Positions 15,101-26,196 of a stretch of DNA of 37,684 nucleotides are shown here, one piece after another. Where the stretch lies: NCBI RefSeq assembly GCF_000743755.1, contig NW_014569472.1, positions 1 through 37,684 on the forward strand, in the 5' to 3' direction. The translations under genes were made by a program, and so were the position numbers. The notes below the pieces were generated by a model, which did not search any database, was not told where the DNA came from, and worked only from the letters and a program-made list of their open reading frames with translations. The stretch comes from Blastocystis sp. subtype 4. Taxonomy: Eukaryota. Numbering within the stretch: position 1 is the stretch's first letter; each line of letters opens with the position of its first letter.

Positions 15101-18100
15101 ACTGCATGAACTACCATCCTTTGACAGCCAGAACTCTCCTGTAATGAGACCACTTCCATACAGACGCAATTGCTTCTCCACCTTGTCGGGGAGCATAGCA
15201 TAATGCATATTCAGTCCCTCAACATGAAGAAGTTGAGCTACCTCCGTAATCACACTGGTCTGCAGAAGCACTGGATCCAGACCCTCCGTTACATAACACA
15301 GATTTACATTCTTCGCAGAGTTCATAAACGTGACCGACACTGAACCTGCCATCGGAGTAAACGTCATTCCATCAATCTCTACGATACTACTTTCATCACA
15401 CTCAGAATTAGTGGTGAAGTAGCATTTGTCCTGCATCGTCAATCCACTAGCCACAAGCACATTCAACGAGGTGCTGAAGTCAGCCACTACAAAACTAACA
15501 GGCTCCAGCTGGAAGTCAACAACACGCACTGTCATTTCAGGATAAGCATGATACTCTCCTTCTGCCAAACGCAGACACATCATGTACTCAGAAGCAATCT
15601 CACCAATCAAAGTAATCTCACCAGAGATAGCTCCAGCAGCAAACTCACTCTCTCCATCAACTGTAAGGATGTTCACGCTATCACATGTCTCTCTAGCATC
15701 CACAAACTTCACCTTAGCACCTTCAACAGCAGCACTCAAAGTCACATTCAACGAAGCCTCCTGATGATTGGCAAAGATTCTAGGCTGGACATCCACAACA
15801 GCAACCACATTCAGAACCACATCGAAAGGATAAGTAGGCTCATTTGCGAACTTGTAACAAATACGAGCAGTAGAAGGAATGCCCTCCATACCATCCAGAG
15901 CCGAATGAATTGTCACTTGATTAGTCTCCAGATCCACTTCATCCACAACAGCGAACGAGTTCGCATCCTTGAAGGATGAGAACAGATTGAACAGCTCCGT
16001 TCCATCTTCCTCAGTATAGCCAGTAGTAGGGACATCATAGAACTGAGCACTCTTGACAGTTGAGTGGAATTTTTCACCATTCTTAGAATGATAGAAAGGA
16101 AGGCGCTCCGTTTCCTCACATGATGTAGCACTGGTCTCCGTCCATCCATACGAATCGCCCTCACGCATCATATAACCAGACACCTGTACATTCTTCGTCT
16201 GACCCTGGATTGTCTGTATTGTGACCGCGTTCAGAGAACCCACAGTGTAGCAGAATCGTTTCATCAAAATTGTATCTGGCGAGTTCTCATAGTTGTAACA
16301 CATAGCGAAGCAACTAGCATTATGGTTCATGATCTCAGCAAAGGCAGAAGACTCCTGAATAGTCATGGAGAAATGACCATCAGCATCCACAGTGACACTC
16401 TTGTCACCAGCTTCATTCAAAGCAATCAGATTCTCCTCGTTGCAAGTGAGTCCAGCAGTCAGAGATACTCTATCTCCACTGCCTGTTCCATAAGTAGTAT
16501 TCACAGCAAATGTCTTAGTATGACCCACAACCAGGAAGAAGTTATCACCATAATCCGAAGTGATACTGGCTACACCCTGGAACACAAGAGTCACCATGAA
16601 GTAAGGATGGAAGACTTCAGGTTCGTTCTTGTAAGCGTAGCACAGCTTGTAGACTCCTGACGATGTCGCATTACTAAAAGCGAATGCCACACGCTCCTTA
16701 TCAATGTCTTCCTCTGTTACAATAGGACTCTCAAACAGAGGAGGATCATTTTCCTCCATCATGTCGCAACTTGTATAACTTTCAGGAACGAACTGGACAC
16801 GATCACCAGCATGCAGATTAATACCCATAACGCTCAGACGATAGTTCTCTGAAAGTGAGAGGGAGATCGACTGATACTCCTGACCTCCATAATACAATCC
16901 ATTAACAGTAGCTACTTCAACAGAAATATCATATAACTTATAGGGCTCTTCATCGAACTTATAACACAGCTTGTAATCCTTCATACTGGCTTCATCGAAA
17001 CTGAGTTCCACAGAGTGGTTTTCATCCACCTTCTTATCAGGAATACCATTGAATGTAGCATATCCCGAATCACAACTATCACCAGTTGTGTATCGCACGA
17101 AATCTCCTTCCTTCACTCCAGTACCCGTGTAACTAAACACGGATGGCACTCCCTCCACAGCTAATACACGAGAAGTGGAAGTAATATCATACACAGAGAT
17201 AGCATACTTGGCCATGAAGGAATATTCATCATCCTCAAACTTCCAACACACTGTCAAAGTTCCCTCCTCAGCTGTAGGAACCATCAAATCCTTCACATAG
17301 GCCTCAATTGGGTTGCTACCATACACAGTCTCTTCCACCACAGTCTCACTGCTGCAGTCGGTACCACGCACCAGCTTCAACTTATCCTTATCACTGAATC
17401 CAAAACCACTAATGGTCCATGTCTCAGGCACACCAGCCACCAATGTTGAGTAAAGACCCTTGTTTGAGATGATGGAGTCAATACCCACAACTGTCATCTG
17501 GAAGTTTGGATACATCTTGAATGGCTCCTGACCGAACTTGTAACATAAAGAGAACTTATTGTCAACTCCAGCATATGAACTCTGCAGGAAGGTCATAGAA
17601 GTACTGCTTCCAGTCACACGCAAAGCACTAAGACTCTCCACAGACTCGGCCATCAGTTCCGAGACTCTTGTTGCCAACTCACTTCGACTCTTCTCAATCT
17701 CCACCAGATCCCCAGAATAGTCACGAGCCTCAGAAGCACTCACCTGTGATAACAAGGCAGTCTTACCATCACATCCCTCGTCACCATAGACCCACTTTGC
17801 GTACTCCTCAACTCCCTCGTCATGACCTCCACTCACAACAAAATCGAATGATTTCTCAATATACATCACTGAGACACTATTTGAACAATCTGTGCAGACA
17901 GCATTCATTTCAAGGACATCGTATACACGCATTTCAATATTAGGTACACGGTACCAAGGCTGACCCTGGAACTGATAGCAGATATAATAGGAACTGGCAG
18001 CACCCTCGTTAAACAGAATAGTAGCATCCAGCTTCTCATCCACAGAGATAGTATTACTCTCGAGAACTGAGCAGTCCTCCACCTCGCTGAAACCGACCTT

Positions 18101-21100
18101 ATCCATAGCTTGCACTCCATAGTTCTGCTCACTGGCAAACTGCAGATTCTTGGCATTTCCAACCACAGCAGTGGTGTTCGAACCCACATCAGTTGAGATC
18201 GTTTCAACTGTCATCACTTCGATCGTCATCAGCGTAGGATAGAAGAGAAGATCGGAACGAGAACGATAGCAGACAGTGAAAGGCATCTTGAACACTTCAG
18301 AACCGGTAACAAAAGCAACATCGAAGTAGTATCTGGCTCTATCTGCATCGTACAGGATTGGAAGCTCCTGGACATCCCGAGTTGAAGAAGGAACTCGCAG
18401 ACGAGCTAGAGTACCAGAACAATCACCATTCATGGCGAAACTCAACAGATCGCCTTCCTCAAAAGCTCCCTGTACGTTCCACTTCTTCATCACACCCTTC
18501 ACAGCCACACGATTCATACTGTAACCCATTTCCACCTCCTCACGAGTCCACCAAGGAATGATCTCCTCCACAGAGTGTGAAGTGATAGTCACATCCTTAT
18601 AATGGACAGTGGCTTCATTACCAAAGATCATACACAATGAGAAGTTACCTCCACGCAAGAAACGAATATGAGCCTTTCCATCAGCATCGATAGAAGCAAC
18701 TGTGCCAGTCTGACCTGTTGTTAAGTCCACCATAGACACCAGATCGCTAGAGCAATCATTGCCACTGGTCAAAGAGAAATGATCGGGAGTCGAACTCACA
18801 CCCAGATTGAAACCATAGAAACGAGCCTCACTATCCACATACGTCACGAAGGATTGCTCCCCATCTGTATTATGGATCGCGTTCACACGAGCAATACGGA
18901 ACGGGAAGTCATATCGCTTTGGCTCCTCATTACCGAACTGATAACAAAGCGACACCAACTCCTCATAGCCTTGAGTGAACATCACTGATGTGTAATGCAT
19001 ACTGTCAACAGACACCACATTTTCATCATATAGATGGTCACTGCTGATTGGCAAGGCATACTTGGTACGACAAGGACGATCACTCTTCACCCAGTAAGCG
19101 CGGTCTCCAACATTCACTCCATAACCAGTAAACTCCACATCTGCCTTCGACCCAGCAACAATTAGATACTTATCATCAATCTTTTCATCTGTACTGTAGC
19201 TGCGAGCATCATACAGATCAAAGACACGCATTCGAATATCCTTATACAAATGGAATGGCTCCTCGCCGAACTTGTAACACAGATAGAAGCGTTCATCTGA
19301 TTGCTCTGATGAATCCATAGCGAAGCTGAATGTAGCACGACCATTCACATCCACACTCACAGAATGAGCACTTGCATCTGCATTCTTCAAAGCGTTCTTC
19401 AAACGATCAGCACGAGACGTGATCATCTTGTATCGCTCAGCTTCATCCTCCTCCACTGAATAAGAGAGCATATTCGTCTCCACAGTCATGGAGGACATCA
19501 GAGGCACCACCTCTGAATCACAAGAATCACCACGCACCCAGCGAATTACATCATTGGACTTATCCGAAATACCCGTACCAGTGAACTGAACAGTCTTAGG
19601 CTGATCCACAATAGCCAAATCATCAGTATCAGTTGTCGACACCGTTGTCATTCCCTGAATCTTCTTCACCGTCAACGAGAACGCAGGATAAGCATGATAA
19701 TCTTCATTACCATGCTTGTAACACAGAACTGCAGAATCCTGAATTGTCTCATGGAAGCAGAAAGTAGCACTGCGGTTCTCATCCAGAGACACCTCGGGAT
19801 GCTTCTGATCCGCCCCAAGTCCATTACACACCGAACCCCAATACACCTTATCATTTACACTAACACCCAAACCATTGAAAGTATAGGTCTTGGGAGACTC
19901 CACAACCATGACATTGGCAGAACCATCGCTTACATACACACTAGTCAGACCAGCAACCGTGACGAATACGGGCATCTTCACGAAGTAGTCCAGATCCTTA
20001 AACTTGTAACACACTTGAAGAGATCCCGAAGGAATGGCATCCACCTTCATCGACACCTTAACGTCCTCCGTCACATAGAATGTCTTGTTCTCGAAAGGAG
20101 TCTCACACTCATCATCACCATGATTGACGTAGCGTGAACACATAGGAGAATCCACATCACGAGGAGTGATCAGACGGATCTGATCTCCTTCGCTAAGACC
20201 ACTACCGCTCAACACCAATTCCTTCTCAACGCCTCCCACCAACACTACAGAAGAATCCCCAGTACTCGAAGTGAATCCATCGAACTTGTGGAAGAACGTC
20301 GTAAGAGTAGGATAATCGATTGTCTTAACATTGTTCCAGTGGTAGCACAAGCTATATTCACCTCCTTCAGACTCCTTCACAAGGAATTCAGAGGAAGCAA
20401 GAGACGAAGATACACCTGACACAGGAGCACGATTCACCAGCTCCTCACGCTTGCCATCAATAGGCAGACTATCAGTACTATTCATACAAGATCCACCAAC
20501 TACCTTGAAGGACACTGAATCGAAGTCCGTTGATCCCTCTAAAAATCGGAAGTAATCGATATCCATCTCTGGCTTATACAAGCATCCAACAATCGCATGT
20601 TGATTGCGAATAGAAAGCACATCCAGACTATATATGGTGATCGAAGGATACTCCTTCGCCAACTCCTGACCAAAACGATATGACAGATAGTAACGACCGT
20701 GTACATCAAACTTCACATCACAGCTGGACTGGAGATTAATTCGAGACACCACACCAGGCATTCGCACAGTATTATCACTTTCTAGAATCCATTCAACAGA
20801 ATCACTGAGAGTATACTCTAGGGGCCAGATACCTGAGAACACGTAATTCATTTCTGGTTCACCAGCATATCCTTCCATAGGTGTCACACCAGTTATGTCC
20901 ACTACATTCATCGTGAAGTGATTGAACCTGTAGTATTTCGAATCCAAGTCGTTCGCGAAGTGGTAACACAGCACTTGAGAGGATACAGAAGGTTCTGGGA
21001 ATATCAGACGCACCTTCAACATGGTCGAACTCTCCAGAATCTTATCGTTCGTACTGATGACAGTATTGCTAGCCAATGAAGGGTCACAGGCTTGGCCATA

Positions 21101-24100
21101 AGGAACAAAGAATAGAACATCATAGAGCGTCAACGAGTTACCTGTGATTGTAAACCACTTGTTCTGATTTGCAACGATAATATTCTTTGCCATGGAAGGA
21201 ACAGTAGCTTCCACACTCTTCAGACTCATCACAGTAAACCGGATGTTAGAATAATGGACGAACACACTACTATTAGCGAACTGGTAACAGAGGGTCCAGC
21301 TGGAACTAGGCTCCAAATCCGATACAAAGGCCATCTCAACCGTTCCATCTTTCTGTACCGTCAGGGTATTCACAGTTACTCCATTATGGATGAACGAAGC
21401 AAAGTCTCCATTATAACAATCTTCACCGCTCTTCAACACACGCACAAGGTCGTTCATCTTGATGGAGCCAGGTGTTCCTGTCACCAGAACCGTCGTAGGA
21501 TATCCAGCCACGATTTCACGAGGAGTTACATCGACCACACTGTGTAAATCAACCTTGATATCAGGATAAATCTTCCAAGGAGCTGACCCAAACTTGTAAC
21601 AAAGAGGAGCACCTAGGTTGGTATAAGCAGGATTGTATGTGAACATGATATTGGTAGTCACCTTGTTACCCTCCGAAAGACTCACTTCACCAACAGCACC
21701 ATTACCAATAGTCATGTGATCCACAGTGGATGCCAACACAGTAGCGGCAAAATCCTCACACTTATCTGTTTCAGGGCACGTCTGAATCGAAGTGGCTACA
21801 AAGTCGAATGTTGTGTGATCCACAGCTGTAGCCACAATCGACTTTCCTTTGTTGTTACCATCGAAGATAAAAGATGTCAGAATGAAAGCGAAGGAAGAGG
21901 AAGGAGTAGAGAACACATACTCACGGTTCAGCTCAAAATCGCTGAAAGAACAAGCAGAATCAGGATTCACAATCTGGAGAATACCATTCACATTATCATA
22001 GATGAAACGCTCATTATCACAGGTCGTAACCGAAGTACACTTACGGCAAGAAGGACTCGATGGCAAAACAACCTCCAGCTCTGGCTGAGGTCCAGCAGGC
22101 TCTACTACCGTGATCGTGAACTTGACCGTGTACTGGCCGCTACGCTGAATATGCACAGAAGCCTTGTCGATGGTAGGAAGCTGCTCCATCTTGGTAGCGA
22201 CTTTCAACTCCGTATCATCCACATAGATAGGAACAGTGTTCACACCATTACTCTTAAGAACAAAGGATCCTCTGTGAGTCACCTTATCGAACTCAAAGGT
22301 AACAGTCTGTTTATCCTCAATAGAACCGAACGATTGACTGGATGCACTCCAACAGTCACTATCCTGGGTAGAACCAGGCAAAGCAAACTTGACACGATCA
22401 CCAGAATTGCCATACACAGTATCAAACTCCATAGGAATACTTATATGAGAAGCTACAGAACTATTAGCCATTGAACCCACATTAGCGACACGTATCTGAA
22501 TGGTATCAACCTTCATAGGATCCACAACACCACGAGGACTCGTGAAATCAAAGCACAGATCCTTCAGTCCTGAGTCGGTGAAGGCCTGGATGGTCGAATG
22601 ACCGCGAGAGCTCACCGACCAGAAGTCTCTACTATCAGTACAATTCTTTCCTGGGTCCACCCACAGAGCACGGTTCATGTTGTCAGAATCAGCCTTTGAT
22701 CCAATGAAATCAATCTGGATCACACTTGTGAACACAGTGCTTCCCCAGTTCTTCGTGATCAACAAACGGAAATAACGAGCTGTGGAATCGTGGTCCAAAT
22801 CCCAGTACATAAAGTTACCCTCTTGGGAATTGTCTCGTGGCATATCCTTTACAGACAGCACCGTCTGCCAAGGAGCATCCATCTTCGCAGAGTCGGCATC
22901 AAACAGACAGGAATCCTCATAGCACGACACCAGACGTTGGACCTCAAAATCACGAGGCAACTGAGGGAAGAATACGGAATTGATGAACATACCAAACCGA
23001 TGGAGGGTAGTGATATTCTTCAGATCGTATATGATCCAATGATTCAAGCCACTGGAACGACCACCATTCTCAAAGGCGAAGATGGTATCCATGGGATTAT
23101 CGAAGGGCATAACAGTCACATATGGACCATGCGAAGCTACAGCACGGCCACTACAATACTTAGCATCCTCAGGACTATTGCCTCCAGTCAAATCTGCATT
23201 CGGAGTCAACTTGTAGTACGTCTTCTCACGCTCAGTATCATGAATACCATAACCATAATATTCAATGAGAGTCTGCATACCCTTCACAGCAAGAGGTATC
23301 TCACTTGATACACCATTAGCCTCCACATACGAAATCGACGATACAGACACACTGAAGGAGAAAACAACCGCACTTCCTTCAATAAAGGAATACACAAGAC
23401 GATAGTCACCAATCGCTGTGAAGGTCACTGTACCATTGCGCTCAGCCGAGGAAGTCTCACCGAAACTGACAATAGCACGATCACCATTCTCATTTACATA
23501 ATAGGCAGAATCCAGAGCATTCAGTCCAATACCCTTCAAGGTAATCGAAGTTGCCGCGTTAATGATAGCTGTATTAAATGCAATAGATCTCACTCCCACA
23601 ATGGTTGTGACCTCAGACACAGTACGGAAGGTAAAGACATGATTCAGATCGAAAGGGGTTTCACAAGCAGCCATATGATAGAGAAGATGGTACTCACCAT
23701 CATCAGCAGGACTCAGCACACGGATGCTAAACACAATACGATCTCCAGTCGATGTGACAGTCCGGACAGACGACTCAATTGAAAGTGCCTCACCATTCTG
23801 AACGAAGGAAATAGCATCATTCGAAGTGAAACGAGTTCCAGTGATCTCTAAGTCTTGTTGATAATTCTCATACAACTGGAAAGAAGATGGTGTGATCTCA
23901 ACAATGGTGATAGTCCTCTCAGAGAAGGATATGCACAAACCACTGAAATTGGCAATCACATGATAAAGACCAGTCTGAGTGAAAGTAGTATCCACCGTGT
24001 ACATACCATCTGCAACACCTGATACAATACCAGAGCCAGCGATCAAGCCCATTTCATTACAATTTCCATTAGCAAAGTAGACTTCATCACCGATACCCAG

Positions 24101-25851
24101 ACCCGAGCCAACAATAGACACAGACTCCATACCAACAGCAGCATAACCACAATTTGAAGTCACAATTGAGGTGATCATAGGCTCCTCAATATCAATAAAC
24201 GCAGTAGGAACAATAGCGGCAATACCACTGTCATAATACATACAGAAACGAGCTCCAGACATCGCCATAGAAGTATTAATGGTCATACTAATAGTGTCAT
24301 TCTCAAAGACGAAGAACGGTTCTGCTAGAATCGATGTAGCACTCAAGCAATCCTCCGAAGCGGTCACGGAACTATCCACAACAACCAGATGAGCGTCCTT
24401 CGCAATGTTTCCAGTACCACGTAATGTCACCATACCTCCGATAGGACCTTGCGACGGAGAGATAGTGTTCAGACCATAAACAATTACATTCTGATTTGAT
24501 TTGAGTCCTCCCAGACAGAGAGAAGCCTCTTGACTCTCAGGAACCGAAGCAAACGTCGACAGGATTACTGCCTTGTTCTTATCATAACAATAAGCTTCGG
24601 GCTTGTCAGCCTCGATGAACTCGTCCAACACATATAAATCCGTAGGGAACTGCATAAGACCAGTGATCAAGGTCTGCGCGTTACGAATCAGAACTGTTGG
24701 CCTTGATACCGAAGAGAAGAAAGATACACGGAAACCCTTTCCAGTCCTGGTTCCTTCGACCAGAACATACTTTGTCACAGTTGTAGGGAAACCAGCAGCG
24801 TAAAGATCATTGCGAAGCTTCGAAGCCTCTACAACAATCGTGTAAGGACCCAGCTGCACACCATCGATCTCCAGCTTGAACTCACCATTATCCAGTTGAC
24901 GCTGATTGTCGCTTGTTGTAGCAAAACCAAAGTCGAGAACAGAGGTAGACAAAGCAGGGGAACTGCATGTACTCGTCGAATCCACCCACTTCGCAGCAAC
25001 AGACTCTGAGAGGATCTGGCCAAAGAACTTCATCTCCAGAAGCTCAACGTTCTCAGGATCTCCCCAGTTGGAAGTAATTTCGAGCTTCCAGTACCGAGCA
25101 GCAACAGGCTTATGATTCGATGCCTCAAGTGTCACCTCTCCAGGAATGAGATAAGACATGTTGTAAGTAGTGAATTCATAGAAAGGACCAGAAATGCTGT
25201 CACGAGCATAGTACACTACAATAGTACGAGGAGAACGACGCTCGTTCTGAATGGTCACATTGATAGCCTGAATGAGAGCGGGCTTCTGGGTATCGAACAC
25301 CATGGAAGCACTCAGATTCTCACACCAATCGCACATAGCTGTGGAACAGGCAGGATGGGCAGAGACATCATCTGTGCACGTAGATACTCCTTGACAACCA
25401 GAACATCTACGTCCACCTTCCTTCTGGTTATAAGCAGCAATCCTATCTCCATTGATCGTCAGCATCTGGCAATTATCAGTATTATTATGACAACTCTCAC
25501 TAACAATGGAAATGGTTTTCCAGATAAAACCAGTAGTATCCTCACCGTCAAACACATCAGCAGGGTGACCAGTGGTCTGATAGGGTGGAACGTACGGAGG
25601 AACATTAGCAGTATACCCCCACTTTCCATAACCCTTGGGTCGGCTACCCCAAGACTGACGAATCTCATCAGTTGGAAGCCAACTCATCGAGGCTGCTGAA
25701 TCACAACGATCATCCTCAAACAGGATAGAAGACGGATGAGCTACAACAGAACTAATTTCAGCTGATACGACCATAACGGTCATCAGCAAAAGCATAAATC
25801 TAGGTACTCACGCAAATCACATAATGTCTACAACTCAGTAAATCTAGTCAT
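194..25851 (-). CDS. Giant (~8,541 aa) predicted secreted/surface protein: ~65 tandem two-Cys Ig-like/beta-sandwich-type repeats with inserted F5/8 (discoidin-like) and other modules
   Basis: Uninterrupted ORF 194..25795 (8533 aa). A probable short first exon (ATG 25851) and 32-nt GT..AG intron (25800-25831) give MTRFTELFMLLLMTVMVVSA, which looks like a signal peptide. Repeat consensus: VxGxxKxFxFxGxGLxxGDxVxFVxxxxxC...YxLCYxFxxExxxxY. Acidic and S/T/V-rich. TGTTTGTT follows the stop. Confidence 0.93.
10750..11175 (-). other. F5/8 type C (discoidin)-like domain 3 within the giant protein
   Basis: MLTDG...EAWMMPDFVKCVKVNKLYW...KGRFIKMHF matches the F5/8 pattern (A.DG, W..vD, ..RYvRl). Confidence 0.6.
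22700..23220 (-). other. F5/8 type C (discoidin)-like domain 2 within the giant protein
   Basis: NHWIIYDLKNITTLHRF...PRDFEVQ...WQTV...TARYFRLLITKNWGSTVFTSVIQIDFIG. Confidence 0.8.
25019..25570 (-). other. F5/8 type C (discoidin)-like domain 1, with a Cys-rich insertion
   Basis: HPADVFDGEDTTGFIWK...SPRTIVV...AARYWKLEITSNWGDPENVELLEMKFFG. Confidence 0.8.
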
Positions 25852-26196
25852 TATTTCAATAACTCAGCAAAGTCTAAAAACAGATTTTGAATAAAACCAA
25901 TTAATGACTTTCTTGTATTGAAAATCTGATCTCAAAGAAAGTCCACTTCGAATAAATGTCACTGGCCACAATTTTTGCTCGAGTAAACGACACTGAAATC
26001 AATTAAATATTTGGAATTCTGGACATTTATCCGACATTTATCACACTTTCGATCTTTTTGACCATTTTTGCTATATCGAACACCTGTTATTAAACAGATT
26101 AACATAGATTAGATACAACAGATTCTACCTAAGAGATTGATCTGTAGAAAGAGGAAAAGAGGTCTTTGAAAAAACAGGGAATTCACAACAGATACT

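Larger units (their letters stand above)
194..24500 (-). repeat. Protein-level tandem array of ~65 diverged ~100-aa repeats (LCYxF / GDxVxFV..C motifs)
   Basis: Hand count of about 66 [LVIFM]CY[KQVAS]F-like motifs, plus a final half unit. No obvious nucleotide-level identity between units, so the duplications look old. Confidence 0.85.

Noticed and set aside
1157..25699. Numerous plus-strand ORFs of 60-331 aa (e.g. 9146..10141, 21716..22474) and short alternative-frame minus ORFs
   Set aside because: They are shadows of the giant gene's codon bias. The His/Ile/Leu/Arg-rich translations have no recognisable motifs.
194..25795. Bacterial giant adhesin, NRPS/PKS or contaminant contig
   Set aside because: No RTX, LPXTG, autotransporter or catalytic motifs. 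It has a plausible spliceosomal 5' intron and a host-type poly(A) motif, and is contiguous with intron-rich eukaryotic genes.
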